DNA of 57,684 nucleotides from assembly GCA_964473995.1 (NCBI GenBank), contig CAYYRB010000005.1:3802-61485 (forward strand), written 5' to 3'. Below are positions 18,101 through 26,852 of this stretch, piece after piece (the first letter of the stretch is position 1; the number at the start of each line of letters is the position of its first letter). A program made the translations under genes and the position numbers. The DNA is from an uncultured Candidatus Competibacteraceae bacterium (lineage in GTDB: Bacteria > Bacteroidota > Bacteroidia > CAIKAF01). Below the pieces are notes generated by a model, which saw only the letters and a list, made by a program, of their open reading frames with translations, did not search any database and was not told the origin of the DNA.

Positions 18101-18323
18101 CAATATAATCGTTTTCCCCAATCCCTTCGCGGAATCATTTTACATCAGAACTTCTCAAGTACCTGGCGAAATCAGTTTAAAAGATGTTTCCGGAAAGCAG
18201 ATTCCTCTTCAGATGGGGAATTATTCCGGTACAGACATGTTAATCAGCCCCGATTACCGGATAGCACCGGGTGTCTATATTCTTCAGGTTGACGGACAAA
18301 TTTTTAAACTTATCGCACAATAA
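15102..18323 (+). CDS. Giant secreted protein: beta-helix-cap motif, glycine-rich module, Ig-like and 3 PKD repeats, T9SS type A C-terminal sorting domain
   Basis: Signal peptide, then NVIYVTPGG...NPASL. Residues about 170-460 are extremely Gly-rich with G9 runs. PKD signatures (W.FGDG...NP.H.Y..G.Y.V.L) occur three times. The C-terminus VFPNPFAESFYIR...GVYILQV is Por_Secre_tail-like. The ATG at 15102 follows a GTG at 15096. Confidence 0.9.
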   Translation: MNHLYRLIILVCVVSCGFYLSGKAQDCNVIYVTPGGASSGNAGTRQNPASLTYGLSLVSGTANVLYMRAGTYNISNPVNLVSNVKIYGGFNTQWRKTNGSESIIFRDFTNVQSNPSRLVALQGNGITNFELHDITVKTANAVGTGISTYGIYLGNCSAYELVRVRIQAGTATGGLSGLSGNNGIAGAAGVPGQNGDEDGPCCNLGGAPGSGSFPGSNPGGAGGNGGPRGTYSFPIGGSAPPGTAGNSAPGSGGGLPGLGGVGVDDRIISLSACARTTMNDGTSGTPGTPGVQGIPGPDGVASFTGGWFQPASGVNGTPGTNGFGGGGGGGGGSQGYVVVIPAIPGITGEINSNGTGAGGGGGGEGGQGGTGGGGGGGGGASFGLFVWNNGPGGIIKDCYFQTGQFGLGGNGGLGGAGGLGGVGGAGGGQLNCDIGAGGNGGNGGNGGSGGKGGLGSDGVSMSLYQNGTPLSIQNINNLQQPIVTVEYSGCINAPVKFSTNQTGTIQWFFGAASQPATFFGQTATAYYTATGEKTFTMVWNGIAYTYTEFLNIINGSAPPIPQIVSTDTVLCVGATGTFSSSISADSYEWQITGGSSGVNQTIIGPSNQQISFTFTQPGNYQVYLQTVDNCCGRSFRDSFDVFIDGLIQPSIAIQSIIENNGFNVCQGANVIFTATAANVANQPGYQWFLNGNPVGTGTSTLVLNSPAQGDQVSCQVTSDLGCSTGLTALSNIISINVIETPVISCSSTPGFANEPSFFDATVVSGGLAPFTYTWNFGNNSFGSGDTVATVYPVAGSYNVQVDVTDANGCTGVCNLAVLVENFLSVNFNTGGTFNGCAPLPVSFFNESVNAITYLWDFGDGTTSNQANPVHVYTSPGIYDVTLSGFSQVGNLSASVTSQIAVFPRPVANFSAYPQVVGEAGQTVYFTDNSADAWTWNWNFGDPSSGAANTSNIQNPTHVYSANGNYTVTLVVTNNYGCADTTVKNGFAQVHVGVDEHAPEINIIVFPNPFAESFYIRTSQVPGEISLKDVSGKQIPLQMGNYSGTDMLISPDYRIAPGVYILQVDGQIFKLIAQ
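16071..16097 (+). repeat. In-frame GGN codon run encoding Gly9
   Basis: ggc ggt ggc ggc ggc ggc gga gga ggt, read directly. A second Gly9 run lies at 16212-16238. Confidence 0.9.
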
Positions 18324-18332
18324 TTGTCGGTC

Positions 18333-21300
18333 ATGATCAGATCAATTTCTTTTTGCTTCATTTTTTTCTTTTCGCTTCTTTCGGAAGTTTGTGCTCAACA
18401 GCCTAACATTATCTATGTTACTCCGGGCGGAAACGGTACCGGAACCCAGGCAAGTCCGGCAAGTTTGAATTTCGCTGCGGCCAATGCGGGCCCGGGGAAG
18501 CAGATTCGATTGGCTTCCGGAGTTTATCAATTGACGAATACCATCAATATGACCAGCGATCTGACCTTAGAAGGAGGATATGATCCGGTTACCTGGTGTA
18601 AAAATTCTTCACTTAGTTCAAAGATCATCCGTACCAATCAAAACATCACCACAAACCCCAACCGTCTTGTGGCCATTTCATGCGTAAACATCACTAATTT
18701 CTACATTTTTGATGTGGAAATTGAAACCGAAAATGCCGTCGGCAACGGAGTGACCACCTACGCCATTTATTTGAGCGGATGCTCCAATTATTCTATCGTG
18801 CGTTGTAAGGCAAAGGCAGGTAATGCATCCGATGGCCTTCCTGGTGCAAATGGTACTCAAGGTATTAACGGTGCCGCCGGAGTGAATGGCGGTAATGGTT
18901 GTGAAAACTGCGGAAGTGCAGCCGGTCGTCAGGGAGGTGCGGGAGGTTCAGGCTCGTATCCGGGAAGTTTTGCAGGTGGAAATGGGGGTAATGGCGGGCA
19001 ACGGGCCTGCAATAATAGTTGCCCCGGCAGTTCTAACGGTACTGCGGGTCAGGCTGGGCAGGGTCCCGGAGGTGCAGGTGGTGGCGGAGGTTCGGTAGTT
19101 TGCAGTATAGCCTCTTTCGGTTGCGATGGTAACGGTCCCGCGGCCCAAGGACAGCCTGGTCAGCCCGGTGCGAATGGAACTAACGGAGCCGACGGTGTGG
19201 ATGGTGTGGCCGGGTTTGCTGCCGGATTTTTTCAGCCTGCGATAGGTCAAAACGGACAACCGGGTAGTAACGGTCGTGGCGGCGGCGGCGGCGGCGGCGG
19301 CGGTTCTCAAAGCGGTCTGATTTGTTTATTTGGCAACCAGAATGACGATGGACCCGGCGGTGCAGGCGGAGGAGAGGGCGGACAGGGAGGAATCGGTGCC
19401 ACCGGCGGCGGCGGCGGCGGCGGATCTTTCGGAGTTTTTGTATGGAATAACGGACTGAATGGAAAATTAATTGATACCTATGTAGAATCAAGTCTTCCCG
19501 GTCAGGGAGCTCAGGGCGGCCAGGTGGGCGGTCTCGGAGGCAATGGTGGTAACGGAGGCCCCGGAGGTAATCGAAGTGGATGTGATATGGGTCGCGGTGG
19601 CCCGGGCGGAAAAGGAGGAAATGGGGGAAATGGAGGAAAAGGGGGAAATGGAAATCCGGGCGTAAGTTTTGCCATTTGGGAAGATCCCAACGGCGAGCCT
19701 ATCCAACAAGCTTCCTTCGCCGGCCCTGCAGAACCTCAGGTGGTGGTCTGCGGGTTGGGCTGTACCTATTCTGAATTTACTTTTTCTACAAATGCCTTCG
19801 GTTTTATCCAATGGTTTTTTGACGGCGGTACCGAGCCGCTTATTGCTACCGGCCCAACAGCTACCGTGCATTATACCACCCCTGGAAGGCATACCGTTAC
19901 CCTCGTGGTCAACGGCCTTCCCTATATATATTCCGAGTTTGTCGGGGTTTTTCAGGACGGTACGCCTTTTATTCCCGATATACTATCAGGCGATACCATC
20001 ATATGCCCGGGAAGTACCGCTCAGTTTTCGTCTTCCTTGGCGGGCTTGGATTATCGTTGGAATTTTGAGGGAGGCAGTCCCGCTCAAATTTTGGGACCTG
20101 GAAATCAAAACGTGGCCTCCACATTCGATAGTACGGGAGCGTATTGGGTAACCCTGCAAACAGAATCACAGACCTGCGGTTGGTCGGTTCCCGACTCAAT
20201 ACAGGTAAATGTGCTTCCCGTATTGACACCGGAGGTACTGGTTACTTCTTCGGGTGCCCAAATCTGTAATGGGCAAAGCGTCACGTTCGGGGCTTCTCCC
20301 GTGAACGGAGGAACAAATCCTCAATTTTTGTGGTTTGTAAATGGCGTAAATTCAGGCTTCACAGGCCCCGTATTTACCCAAAATAATCTAACGGCACCTA
20401 TAACCATTACCGCTCAGATGACCAGCAGTTATGCTTGTCCACAACCGGCTTTGGTTACTTCGCTGCCGGTGAATGTAACGGTCTTTCCCCAACCTGTTTT
20501 GAATTGTAATTTCCTTGGTAATTATTTGGGAGCTCCCTCCATTTTTACGCCGGTTCCCGTGGGAGGAACCGGTCCGTACACCTTTCTTTGGAACTTTGGT
20601 GATGGCGGCATTTCCGGTGACAGTGTCGCCACACATCAGTTTTCGGGTACCGGAAATTATCCCGTATCCGTTACGGCAACGGATGCCAATGGATGTGAAG
20701 CGACTTGCTCCATTAATATGAATATCGTGGTCGCTCCTCAGGTGGAATCATCCTTCGATCTAAGTTTTCAAACCCAGTGCGGCAGTTCATCCGCCCAGTT
20801 TTTTGATAGTTCCACGGGAAATGTGATTTCTTGGTTTTGGGATTTCGGTGACGGAAATACCTCCAATCTGCAAAATCCCGTTCATATATATAATTCGGCC
20901 GGCATCTATACGGTCATGTTGGTTTCGTCCAACGGGGTGAATTTTGATACGGCTTATGCTCCGAATGCCGTTATTGTGGAAGCCTTGCCTACGGCTGGCA
21001 TTTCGGCTGTAGAAACGGAGGCCTGCGAACCTTTTCAGGTTCAGTTTCAGGACGCGTCTTCGGGGGCTACCTCGTGGCTTTGGGATTTCGGCGATGGAAC
21101 ACCAACCTCTAATCTGCAAAATCCCCTACACTGGTATACGGATGCAGGTACCTACACGGTTTCTCTTATCGTGTCCAATAACATTTCCGGTTGTACGGAT
21201 ACCATTACCGAGTTGAATTACATTCTCATCAATCCTTCGCCAACAGCCCAATTCACTGCTTCACCCGCACAGGTGTGTACGGGCCGTCCCGTGCAATTTA

Positions 21301-22013
21301 CCGATTTATCCACAGGCGGTGCCCTTCAGTGGAGATGGAATTTCGGAGACGGTAATGAATCGGATATACAGAATCCTTCCCATATTTATAATTCACCTGG
21401 GCAATACACCGTCTTTCTGGAAGTGACGGGTCCCGGCCCTACTTTTTGTAAGGACTTAGAATCCAAGCCATTTTATATTCAGGTTAATCAAACTCCGATT
21501 GCTGATTTTAGCGCAGATCCCATCGTGGTTCAACTTCCGTTCAATCAGGTCAATTTTACCGATTTAAGTTTCGGTGCGGATTTTATCAAATGGAATTTCG
21601 GCAACGGGGCAACTTCTGATATCAGAAACCCTGTTACTTTTTATCCGGATAGCGGTCAATTTCTAGTTACTCAATTTGCCGGTACCGATTTCGGCTGCAG
21701 CGATACAGCCACTATCCTGATTGTGGTGAATGAACAGATGATTATTTATGTCCCAAATGCATTCACCCCGGACGGTGATAATATCAATGATGAACTGGTC
21801 ATCGGCTCCCGCGGTTTAAAGGAGTTTGAATTAACCATATTTAATCGCTGGGGCGAAGCCGTTTTTCGAACCATTGATCCCGTTTATTTTTGGAATGGAA
21901 AATCGGAAGACGGGAAAATTCATCCCAACGGTGTTTACACGTATGTAATCAATTACCAATATTACGTAGGGCCTGAACAAACCATGTCAGGTAGCGTTTT
22001 ATTGATCAGATGA
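18333..22013 (+). CDS. Giant secreted paralogue: same N-terminal beta-helix-cap and glycine-rich module, Ig-like and 5 PKD repeats, T9SS type B (gliding-motility-associated) C-terminal domain
   Basis: The first ~450 aa are collinear with the upstream protein (IIYVTPGG, NITNF, NAVGNG.TTYAIYL, G7SFGVFVWNNG). There are five PKD signatures. The C-terminus is YVPNAFTPDGDNINDEL...FNRWGE.VF...WNGK...GVYTYV. The ATG at 18333 lies 10 nt after the upstream stop. Confidence 0.9.
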   Translation: MIRSISFCFIFFFSLLSEVCAQQPNIIYVTPGGNGTGTQASPASLNFAAANAGPGKQIRLASGVYQLTNTINMTSDLTLEGGYDPVTWCKNSSLSSKIIRTNQNITTNPNRLVAISCVNITNFYIFDVEIETENAVGNGVTTYAIYLSGCSNYSIVRCKAKAGNASDGLPGANGTQGINGAAGVNGGNGCENCGSAAGRQGGAGGSGSYPGSFAGGNGGNGGQRACNNSCPGSSNGTAGQAGQGPGGAGGGGGSVVCSIASFGCDGNGPAAQGQPGQPGANGTNGADGVDGVAGFAAGFFQPAIGQNGQPGSNGRGGGGGGGGGSQSGLICLFGNQNDDGPGGAGGGEGGQGGIGATGGGGGGGSFGVFVWNNGLNGKLIDTYVESSLPGQGAQGGQVGGLGGNGGNGGPGGNRSGCDMGRGGPGGKGGNGGNGGKGGNGNPGVSFAIWEDPNGEPIQQASFAGPAEPQVVVCGLGCTYSEFTFSTNAFGFIQWFFDGGTEPLIATGPTATVHYTTPGRHTVTLVVNGLPYIYSEFVGVFQDGTPFIPDILSGDTIICPGSTAQFSSSLAGLDYRWNFEGGSPAQILGPGNQNVASTFDSTGAYWVTLQTESQTCGWSVPDSIQVNVLPVLTPEVLVTSSGAQICNGQSVTFGASPVNGGTNPQFLWFVNGVNSGFTGPVFTQNNLTAPITITAQMTSSYACPQPALVTSLPVNVTVFPQPVLNCNFLGNYLGAPSIFTPVPVGGTGPYTFLWNFGDGGISGDSVATHQFSGTGNYPVSVTATDANGCEATCSINMNIVVAPQVESSFDLSFQTQCGSSSAQFFDSSTGNVISWFWDFGDGNTSNLQNPVHIYNSAGIYTVMLVSSNGVNFDTAYAPNAVIVEALPTAGISAVETEACEPFQVQFQDASSGATSWLWDFGDGTPTSNLQNPLHWYTDAGTYTVSLIVSNNISGCTDTITELNYILINPSPTAQFTASPAQVCTGRPVQFTDLSTGGALQWRWNFGDGNESDIQNPSHIYNSPGQYTVFLEVTGPGPTFCKDLESKPFYIQVNQTPIADFSADPIVVQLPFNQVNFTDLSFGADFIKWNFGNGATSDIRNPVTFYPDSGQFLVTQFAGTDFGCSDTATILIVVNEQMIIYVPNAFTPDGDNINDELVIGSRGLKEFELTIFNRWGEAVFRTIDPVYFWNGKSEDGKIHPNGVYTYVINYQYYVGPEQTMSGSVLLIR
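19278..19301 (+). repeat. (GGC)7-GGT trinucleotide microsatellite encoding Gly8
   Basis: Seven perfect GGC units, in frame (codons 319-326 counted from 18324). Confidence 0.95.
19404..19424 (+). repeat. (GGC)6-GGA trinucleotide microsatellite encoding Gly7
   Basis: Six perfect GGC units, in frame, immediately before SFGVFVWNNG. Confidence 0.95.
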
Positions 22014-22034
22014 TTTTTTACCGGGCGAAAAGCG

Positions 22035-22042
22035 TACTTTTG
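22035..22042 (+). promoter_or_regulatory. Bacteroidota -7 promoter box TACTTTTG upstream of ahcY
   Basis: Exact TAnnTTTG match, ending 25 nt upstream of the ATG at 22067. Confidence 0.5.
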
Positions 22043-22066
22043 CCGCTCTATTTTAAATAATTCAAT

Positions 22067-23383
22067 ATGTCTGCATTGACCGATACAAACACCCGTTATA
22101 AAGTGAAAGATATTTCTCTCGCCGAATGGGGAAGAAAAGAAATAAAAATGGCCGAGGCTGAAATGCCCGGTCTGATGGCCATACGGGCCGAGTATGGTCC
22201 ACAAAAGCCATTGGCGGGCGCGCGTGTTGCCGGCTGTCTGCATATGACCATACAAACCGCCGTTCTCATTGAGACACTTGCAGAATTAGGTGCTGAAGTT
22301 ACCTGGTCATCCTGCAACATATTTTCTACACAAGATCATGCCGCCGCCGCTATCGCTGCTGCGGGTATCTCGGTGTATGCCTGGAAAGGTCAGACCGAAG
22401 AAGAATTTGATTGGTGCATTGAGCAGACTCTTTTTTTCGGCGAGGAGCGCAAACCGCTCAACATGATTTTGGACGATGGGGGAGACCTTACCAACATGGT
22501 ATTGGATCGTTATCCGGAACTGGTGTCCGGAATTCGGGGACTTTCAGAAGAAACCACCACCGGTGTACATCGTCTGTATGAGCGCATGAAGAATGGCACG
22601 CTTCCCATGCCGGCCATTAACGTAAACGACTCGGTAACGAAATCGAAATTTGACAATAAATACGGCTGTAAAGAAAGCGCCGTTGATGCCATCCGCCGTG
22701 CCACGGATTTGATGCTGGCCGGAAAGCGTGTGGTGGTTTGCGGTTATGGAGATGTAGGCAAAGGAACAGCGGCTTCCTTCCGCGGTGCGGGTTCCATCGT
22801 TACCGTTACGGAAATAGACCCGATCTGTGCCCTGCAGGCTGCCATGGACGGTTACGAAGTGAAAAAATTGGATACCGTAGTCGGTACCGCGGATATCGTG
22901 ATTACCACCACGGGCAATAAATCCATCGTGGTTGGCCGTCATTTCGAGAAAATGAAGGACAAAACCATCGTGTGTAACATCGGCCACTTTGATAATGAAA
23001 TTGATATGGCTTGGTTGAACGCCAACTATGGCAGTACCAAATACACGATTAAGCCGCAGGTGGATGTGTATAATTTGGACGGCCGTGAAATTATCGTGTT
23101 GGCCGAAGGTCGTTTGGTAAATCTGGGTTGTGCCATGGGACATCCTTCTTTTGTGATGTCAAACTCATTTGCCAACCAGACGTTGGCTCAGATTGAATTG
23201 TGGAACAACCATGCCTCCTACAAAAATGAGGTGTATGTGCTGCCCAAGCATCTTGACGAGAAAGTAGCCCGACTGCACTTGGATAAATTGGGTGTGGAAC
23301 TGGAAAACTTATCGGATGATCAGGCGGCCTACATCGGCGTGAAAAAGGAAGGTCCCTTTAAGCCCGAGTATTATCGGTATTAA
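22067..23383 (+). CDS. ahcY: Adenosylhomocysteinase
   Basis: 438 aa with [16 protein letters not shown], the NAD motif [10 protein letters not shown], and the C-terminal PFKPEYYRY. Confidence 0.97.
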   Translation: MSALTDTNTRYKVKDISLAEWGRKEIKMAEAEMPGLMAIRAEYGPQKPLAGARVAGCLHMTIQTAVLIETLAELGAEVTWSSCNIFSTQDHAAAAIAAAGISVYAWKGQTEEEFDWCIEQTLFFGEERKPLNMILDDGGDLTNMVLDRYPELVSGIRGLSEETTTGVHRLYERMKNGTLPMPAINVNDSVTKSKFDNKYGCKESAVDAIRRATDLMLAGKRVVVCGYGDVGKGTAASFRGAGSIVTVTEIDPICALQAAMDGYEVKKLDTVVGTADIVITTTGNKSIVVGRHFEKMKDKTIVCNIGHFDNEIDMAWLNANYGSTKYTIKPQVDVYNLDGREIIVLAEGRLVNLGCAMGHPSFVMSNSFANQTLAQIELWNNHASYKNEVYVLPKHLDEKVARLHLDKLGVELENLSDDQAAYIGVKKEGPFKPEYYRY

Positions 23384-23414
23384 AAGGATCTGTAAATAAA
23401 GATAACACTTTTCA

Positions 23415-24227
23415 ATGTTGATTAAAAGGGGAATCATAACGTGTTTATCTGTTCCTCTGATAGGTTTAATTTTCCTTTCTCCTTCGGTTTATTCCCAAGT
23501 AGAAACATCTTCTTTAAATCAAAAACCATATTTCGGGATAGGACTGTGGGCCTCTTGGCATCCCCTGCGTACGGAGCCTTATTCCCCCGGCAGGCTTAAT
23601 CTTACATTGCATTCCAATCCTTCACCTGAACTCTATTTTTTGGCGGGTTTTCCCATCGGTAAAAAAGGATTCGGTTTGGAACTTACGGCTTCTGCCGGCC
23701 TTCTTTTTTTTCGGGAATCCTTCACGGTTGATTCCGTTTTTGTAAATGATCAGTGGACCGATGATCGGTTCAGGCGAATGCGCATGGGTGAAACGTTTTA
23801 TGGCCGATTTGCTCTACAGGGTTTCTGGCAGAAGAAACTCCCCTCGGCTCCCATTACCTTCGGATTTTCTGCCGGGGTGGGTACCACCCTTTACATGCCC
23901 ACCACGCTGAGCAGTCTCGGTGTGGATTACTCATTTTCTCCAAATCCTGTCAATGTATCAATACAGCATCAGGTGCGGATTAATACCCCGAACGGAAATC
24001 CCCATTTGTTTATTCCGGTTGTTTTCAGCATACGGTATTCTCTGCCCGGTTCACACGTGCTTACCTTCCTGTTGCGGGGCGGCTTTTCTCATCATGACCT
24101 GATTTCCTCCAGGTATGTTTATCAGCGGGAAGGTTATTACGAAAGTCAATCGGCTATCACCAGAGATATCAGCTTCGGTTTTGGGATAGGATATTCTTAT
24201 CCGTTCAAGCCTCGAAAAAAACGCTGA
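23415..24227 (+). CDS. Hypothetical outer-membrane beta-barrel-like protein
   Basis: Signal peptide, alternating hydrophobic and aromatic beta-strand-like pattern, and an aromatic-rich segment GFGIGYSYPF near the C-terminus. Confidence 0.65.
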   Translation: MLIKRGIITCLSVPLIGLIFLSPSVYSQVETSSLNQKPYFGIGLWASWHPLRTEPYSPGRLNLTLHSNPSPELYFLAGFPIGKKGFGLELTASAGLLFFRESFTVDSVFVNDQWTDDRFRRMRMGETFYGRFALQGFWQKKLPSAPITFGFSAGVGTTLYMPTTLSSLGVDYSFSPNPVNVSIQHQVRINTPNGNPHLFIPVVFSIRYSLPGSHVLTFLLRGGFSHHDLISSRYVYQREGYYESQSAITRDISFGFGIGYSYPFKPRKKR

Positions 24228-24325
24228 ATAAAAATTTTTGCTTTGGATCTGAAAAGATTTTCAGGTTTACCTATCCGTGAAAAAAAATACTATTTTTAAC
24301 ACCTCATAAAAAATGTGTTACGGAT

Positions 24326-26119
24326 ATGGAAATACTGAGAAACTTTGATCTGTTAGAACTTACTAAGCAAAAGTACAAGCGCGATGATGTGGTGGCCGCG
24401 AAACGCAATGGCCAATGGGTAACTTACTCATCAGACGAATTTGTGGAATTGGTGAATAACCTCAGTTATGGGTTATTATCCCTGGGTTTGACCAAGGGCG
24501 ATAAGGTGGCGATTATTTCCGCGAACCGACCCGAATGGAACCTGGTGGATTTCGCCTGTTCACAACTCGGTATCATTACCGTGCCCATGTACCCAACCCT
24601 CAGCGTGAATGATTATGTGTTTATTCTGAATGATGCGGAGGTGAAGGCAGCGTTTGTGGAAACTGATGAAATTTATGGTAAAGTAAATGCAGCAAAATCC
24701 AATGTTGCTTCCCTTCAGTTTGTGTATTCCTTTAATCCGCTGGAAGGTGTAAAACTTTGGGAAGAAGTGGTAGTGGCCGGAAAAACGCATCCCGATCCCG
24801 CAAAGGTGAAGGAGCTGGCCGATTCGGTGAAGGGAGAGGATCTGCTGACTTTGATTTACACCTCGGGGACCACAGGTACTCCCAAAGGGGTCATGCTTTC
24901 GCATAACAATATCATCAGCAATATCCGTGCAGCTGCGGCTGATGTATTCAAGGGGGATATGGCCAATGCGAAAGCGCTGAGTTTTCTTCCATTGTGCCAC
25001 ATTTTTGAAAGAACCATTTTTTACTGCTACATGTATATCGGAGTTTCGGTTTATTACGCCGAAAGCATGGAAACCATCGGAGATAATCTGAAAGAGGTAA
25101 AGCCTGATGTGTTTTCTACCGTTCCCCGCTTACTCGAAAAGGTATTTGATAAAATCATCGCCAAAGGCCATGAACTTACGGGAATCAAGAAAAAATTGTT
25201 CTTCTGGGCCGTGGACCTGGGTTTGAAATTTGAATTGCACGGGAAAAACGGGCCTTGGTATGCATTTCAACTCAAGATAGCCGATAAGCTTATTTTCAGC
25301 AAATGGCGCGAAGCGTTGGGAGGCAACGTGAAATTTATTTTTTCAGGCGCCGCAGCCCTTCAGCCAAGACTCGCCCGTATTTTCACGGCCGGAAACATTA
25401 TTGTTCTGGAGGGATATGGTCTTACGGAAACATCGCCGGTCATATCAGCCAACCGCATAGAAGAAGAAGGTCGCTGTTTCGGTTCGGTAGGTCCTGTAAT
25501 TTCCGGTGTTGAGGTGAAAATTGATTCTACGGACGGAGAATACCGTGAAGGAGAGGGAGAAATTTGCTGCAAGGGCCCCAATGTGATGATGGGATACTAC
25601 AAACGTCCCGATCTTACCGCGGAAGTGTTGAAGGACGGCTGGTTTCACACGGGTGACGTAGGCAAATTGGTAGATGGAAAATTCCTGAAAATTACCGATC
25701 GTAAAAAAGAAGTATTTAAAACATCTGGTGGTAAATATGTGGCTCCTCAGCCCATGGAGAATAAATTCAAGGAAAGTATCTTCATAGAGCAGATTATGGT
25801 CATCGGCGAGAACAGGAAGCATCCCGCTGCCCTGATTGTGCCAAGCTGGGATAACCTGAAAAAATGGGCTGAAGAAAACGGGGTAAAATATAATACAAAC
25901 CAGGAGTTGACGGCCAATGCCAAGGTGATTGAGTTGTATCAGCGCGAGGTGGACACCCATAATCAGGCATTCGGAAATTGGGAGCAGGTGAAAAAGTTTG
26001 AACTCATTCCAAACGATTGGACCGTGGACGGAGGCGAAATGACACCGACACTGAAGCTCCGCCGCAAGCCCATTATGGAAAAATATACCCAACTGGTAGA
26101 TCGTATTTATGCCGAATAA
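24326..26119 (+). CDS. Long-chain fatty-acid--CoA ligase (AMP-dependent synthetase)
   Basis: AMP-binding motif YTSGTTGTPKGV, plus the GYGLTET and TGDVG...ITDRKKE motifs. Length is 597 aa. Confidence 0.93.
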   Translation: MEILRNFDLLELTKQKYKRDDVVAAKRNGQWVTYSSDEFVELVNNLSYGLLSLGLTKGDKVAIISANRPEWNLVDFACSQLGIITVPMYPTLSVNDYVFILNDAEVKAAFVETDEIYGKVNAAKSNVASLQFVYSFNPLEGVKLWEEVVVAGKTHPDPAKVKELADSVKGEDLLTLIYTSGTTGTPKGVMLSHNNIISNIRAAAADVFKGDMANAKALSFLPLCHIFERTIFYCYMYIGVSVYYAESMETIGDNLKEVKPDVFSTVPRLLEKVFDKIIAKGHELTGIKKKLFFWAVDLGLKFELHGKNGPWYAFQLKIADKLIFSKWREALGGNVKFIFSGAAALQPRLARIFTAGNIIVLEGYGLTETSPVISANRIEEEGRCFGSVGPVISGVEVKIDSTDGEYREGEGEICCKGPNVMMGYYKRPDLTAEVLKDGWFHTGDVGKLVDGKFLKITDRKKEVFKTSGGKYVAPQPMENKFKESIFIEQIMVIGENRKHPAALIVPSWDNLKKWAEENGVKYNTNQELTANAKVIELYQREVDTHNQAFGNWEQVKKFELIPNDWTVDGGEMTPTLKLRRKPIMEKYTQLVDRIYAE

Positions 26120-26156
26120 CTAAGCAATTACGGATGTTACCGAAAATGGATAATAG

Positions 26157-26190
26157 GAAAAAGCTCCGCAGGGGGCTTTTTCCATTTTTT
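26157..26190 (+). terminator. Probable rho-independent terminator after the acyl-CoA ligase
   Basis: Stem aaaagctcc / ggggctttt (one G-U pair) with a 4-nt loop, followed by tcc and a T-run. Confidence 0.55.
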
Positions 26191-26216
26191 TGAAACTTAT
26201 TTTGTGTTTTTCAAGT

Positions 26217-26852
26217 ATGAAAAAGGGAATATTTTTTTCTGTTTTTCTTTGTTTTTCTTTCCTTACTTTTGGTCAGACAGACGGTATGAAACCTTTATCG
26301 GATGTGGAACCCGTAAAAAAAAGGTTGGAAAAATCGGCCTCTGAAACCATGGATATATCAGCCGTTTTTCTTCAGGAAAAACACCTCAACGTATTGGAAG
26401 AAATTATAACAAGCCGCGGCACCTTTTATTTTAAAAAAGAAAATAAAGTGCGTTGGAATTACGATACCCCGTTTAACTATTTGATTGTTATAAACGGCCA
26501 AAAAATGTATGTAAATGATGAGGGGCGTGAAAAGCAATATGACCTTAAATCGAGTAAAATGTTTCGAGAAATAAATAAAATAGTATTGGGGACCGTGCAG
26601 GGGAACTTATTTACCAGCCCCGATTACACGAGCACTTTTTTTGAGAATAATGAATTTATTCTGGTAAAAATGATTCCAGTGGATGTGAAAATGCGTGATT
26701 TTATAAGGGAAATCGGATTATATCTCGACAAAAAGGATTTCACGGTAGCCAAGCTGCGCATGGAGGAATCCGAAGGTGATTATACTTTGGTTCATTTTTT
26801 CTCAAAAAAAGTAAATTCAGGTGTGAAGGACGATTTGTTTTTTATCAAATGA
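26217..26852 (+). CDS. LolA-like outer-membrane lipoprotein carrier family protein
   Basis: Signal peptide MKKGIFFSVFLCFSFLTFG. The size (~210 aa) and overall pattern fit LolA-like proteins. The track start is a TTG at 26190 and the first ATG is at 26217. Confidence 0.7.
   Translation: MKKGIFFSVFLCFSFLTFGQTDGMKPLSDVEPVKKRLEKSASETMDISAVFLQEKHLNVLEEIITSRGTFYFKKENKVRWNYDTPFNYLIVINGQKMYVNDEGREKQYDLKSSKMFREINKIVLGTVQGNLFTSPDYTSTFFENNEFILVKMIPVDVKMRDFIREIGLYLDKKDFTVAKLRMEESEGDYTLVHFFSKKVNSGVKDDLFFIK

Noticed and set aside
18948-19892. Minus-strand ORFs rich in Arg/Ala/Thr (18948-19310, 19180-19491, 19488-19892)
   Set aside because: The same antisense artefact, within the glycine-rich region of the second paralogue.
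15024-22066. The Gly-rich paralogue locus as a horizontally acquired island or mobile element
   Set aside because: There is no integrase, transposase, flanking tRNA or direct repeats. The elevated GC is confined to the GGN-rich coding segments, and the flanking genes are core.
22544-23143. 199-aa minus-strand ORF inside ahcY
   Set aside because: Antisense to a canonical adenosylhomocysteinase.
25445-26092. 215-aa minus-strand ORF inside the acyl-CoA ligase
   Set aside because: Antisense to a gene with clear AMP-binding motifs.
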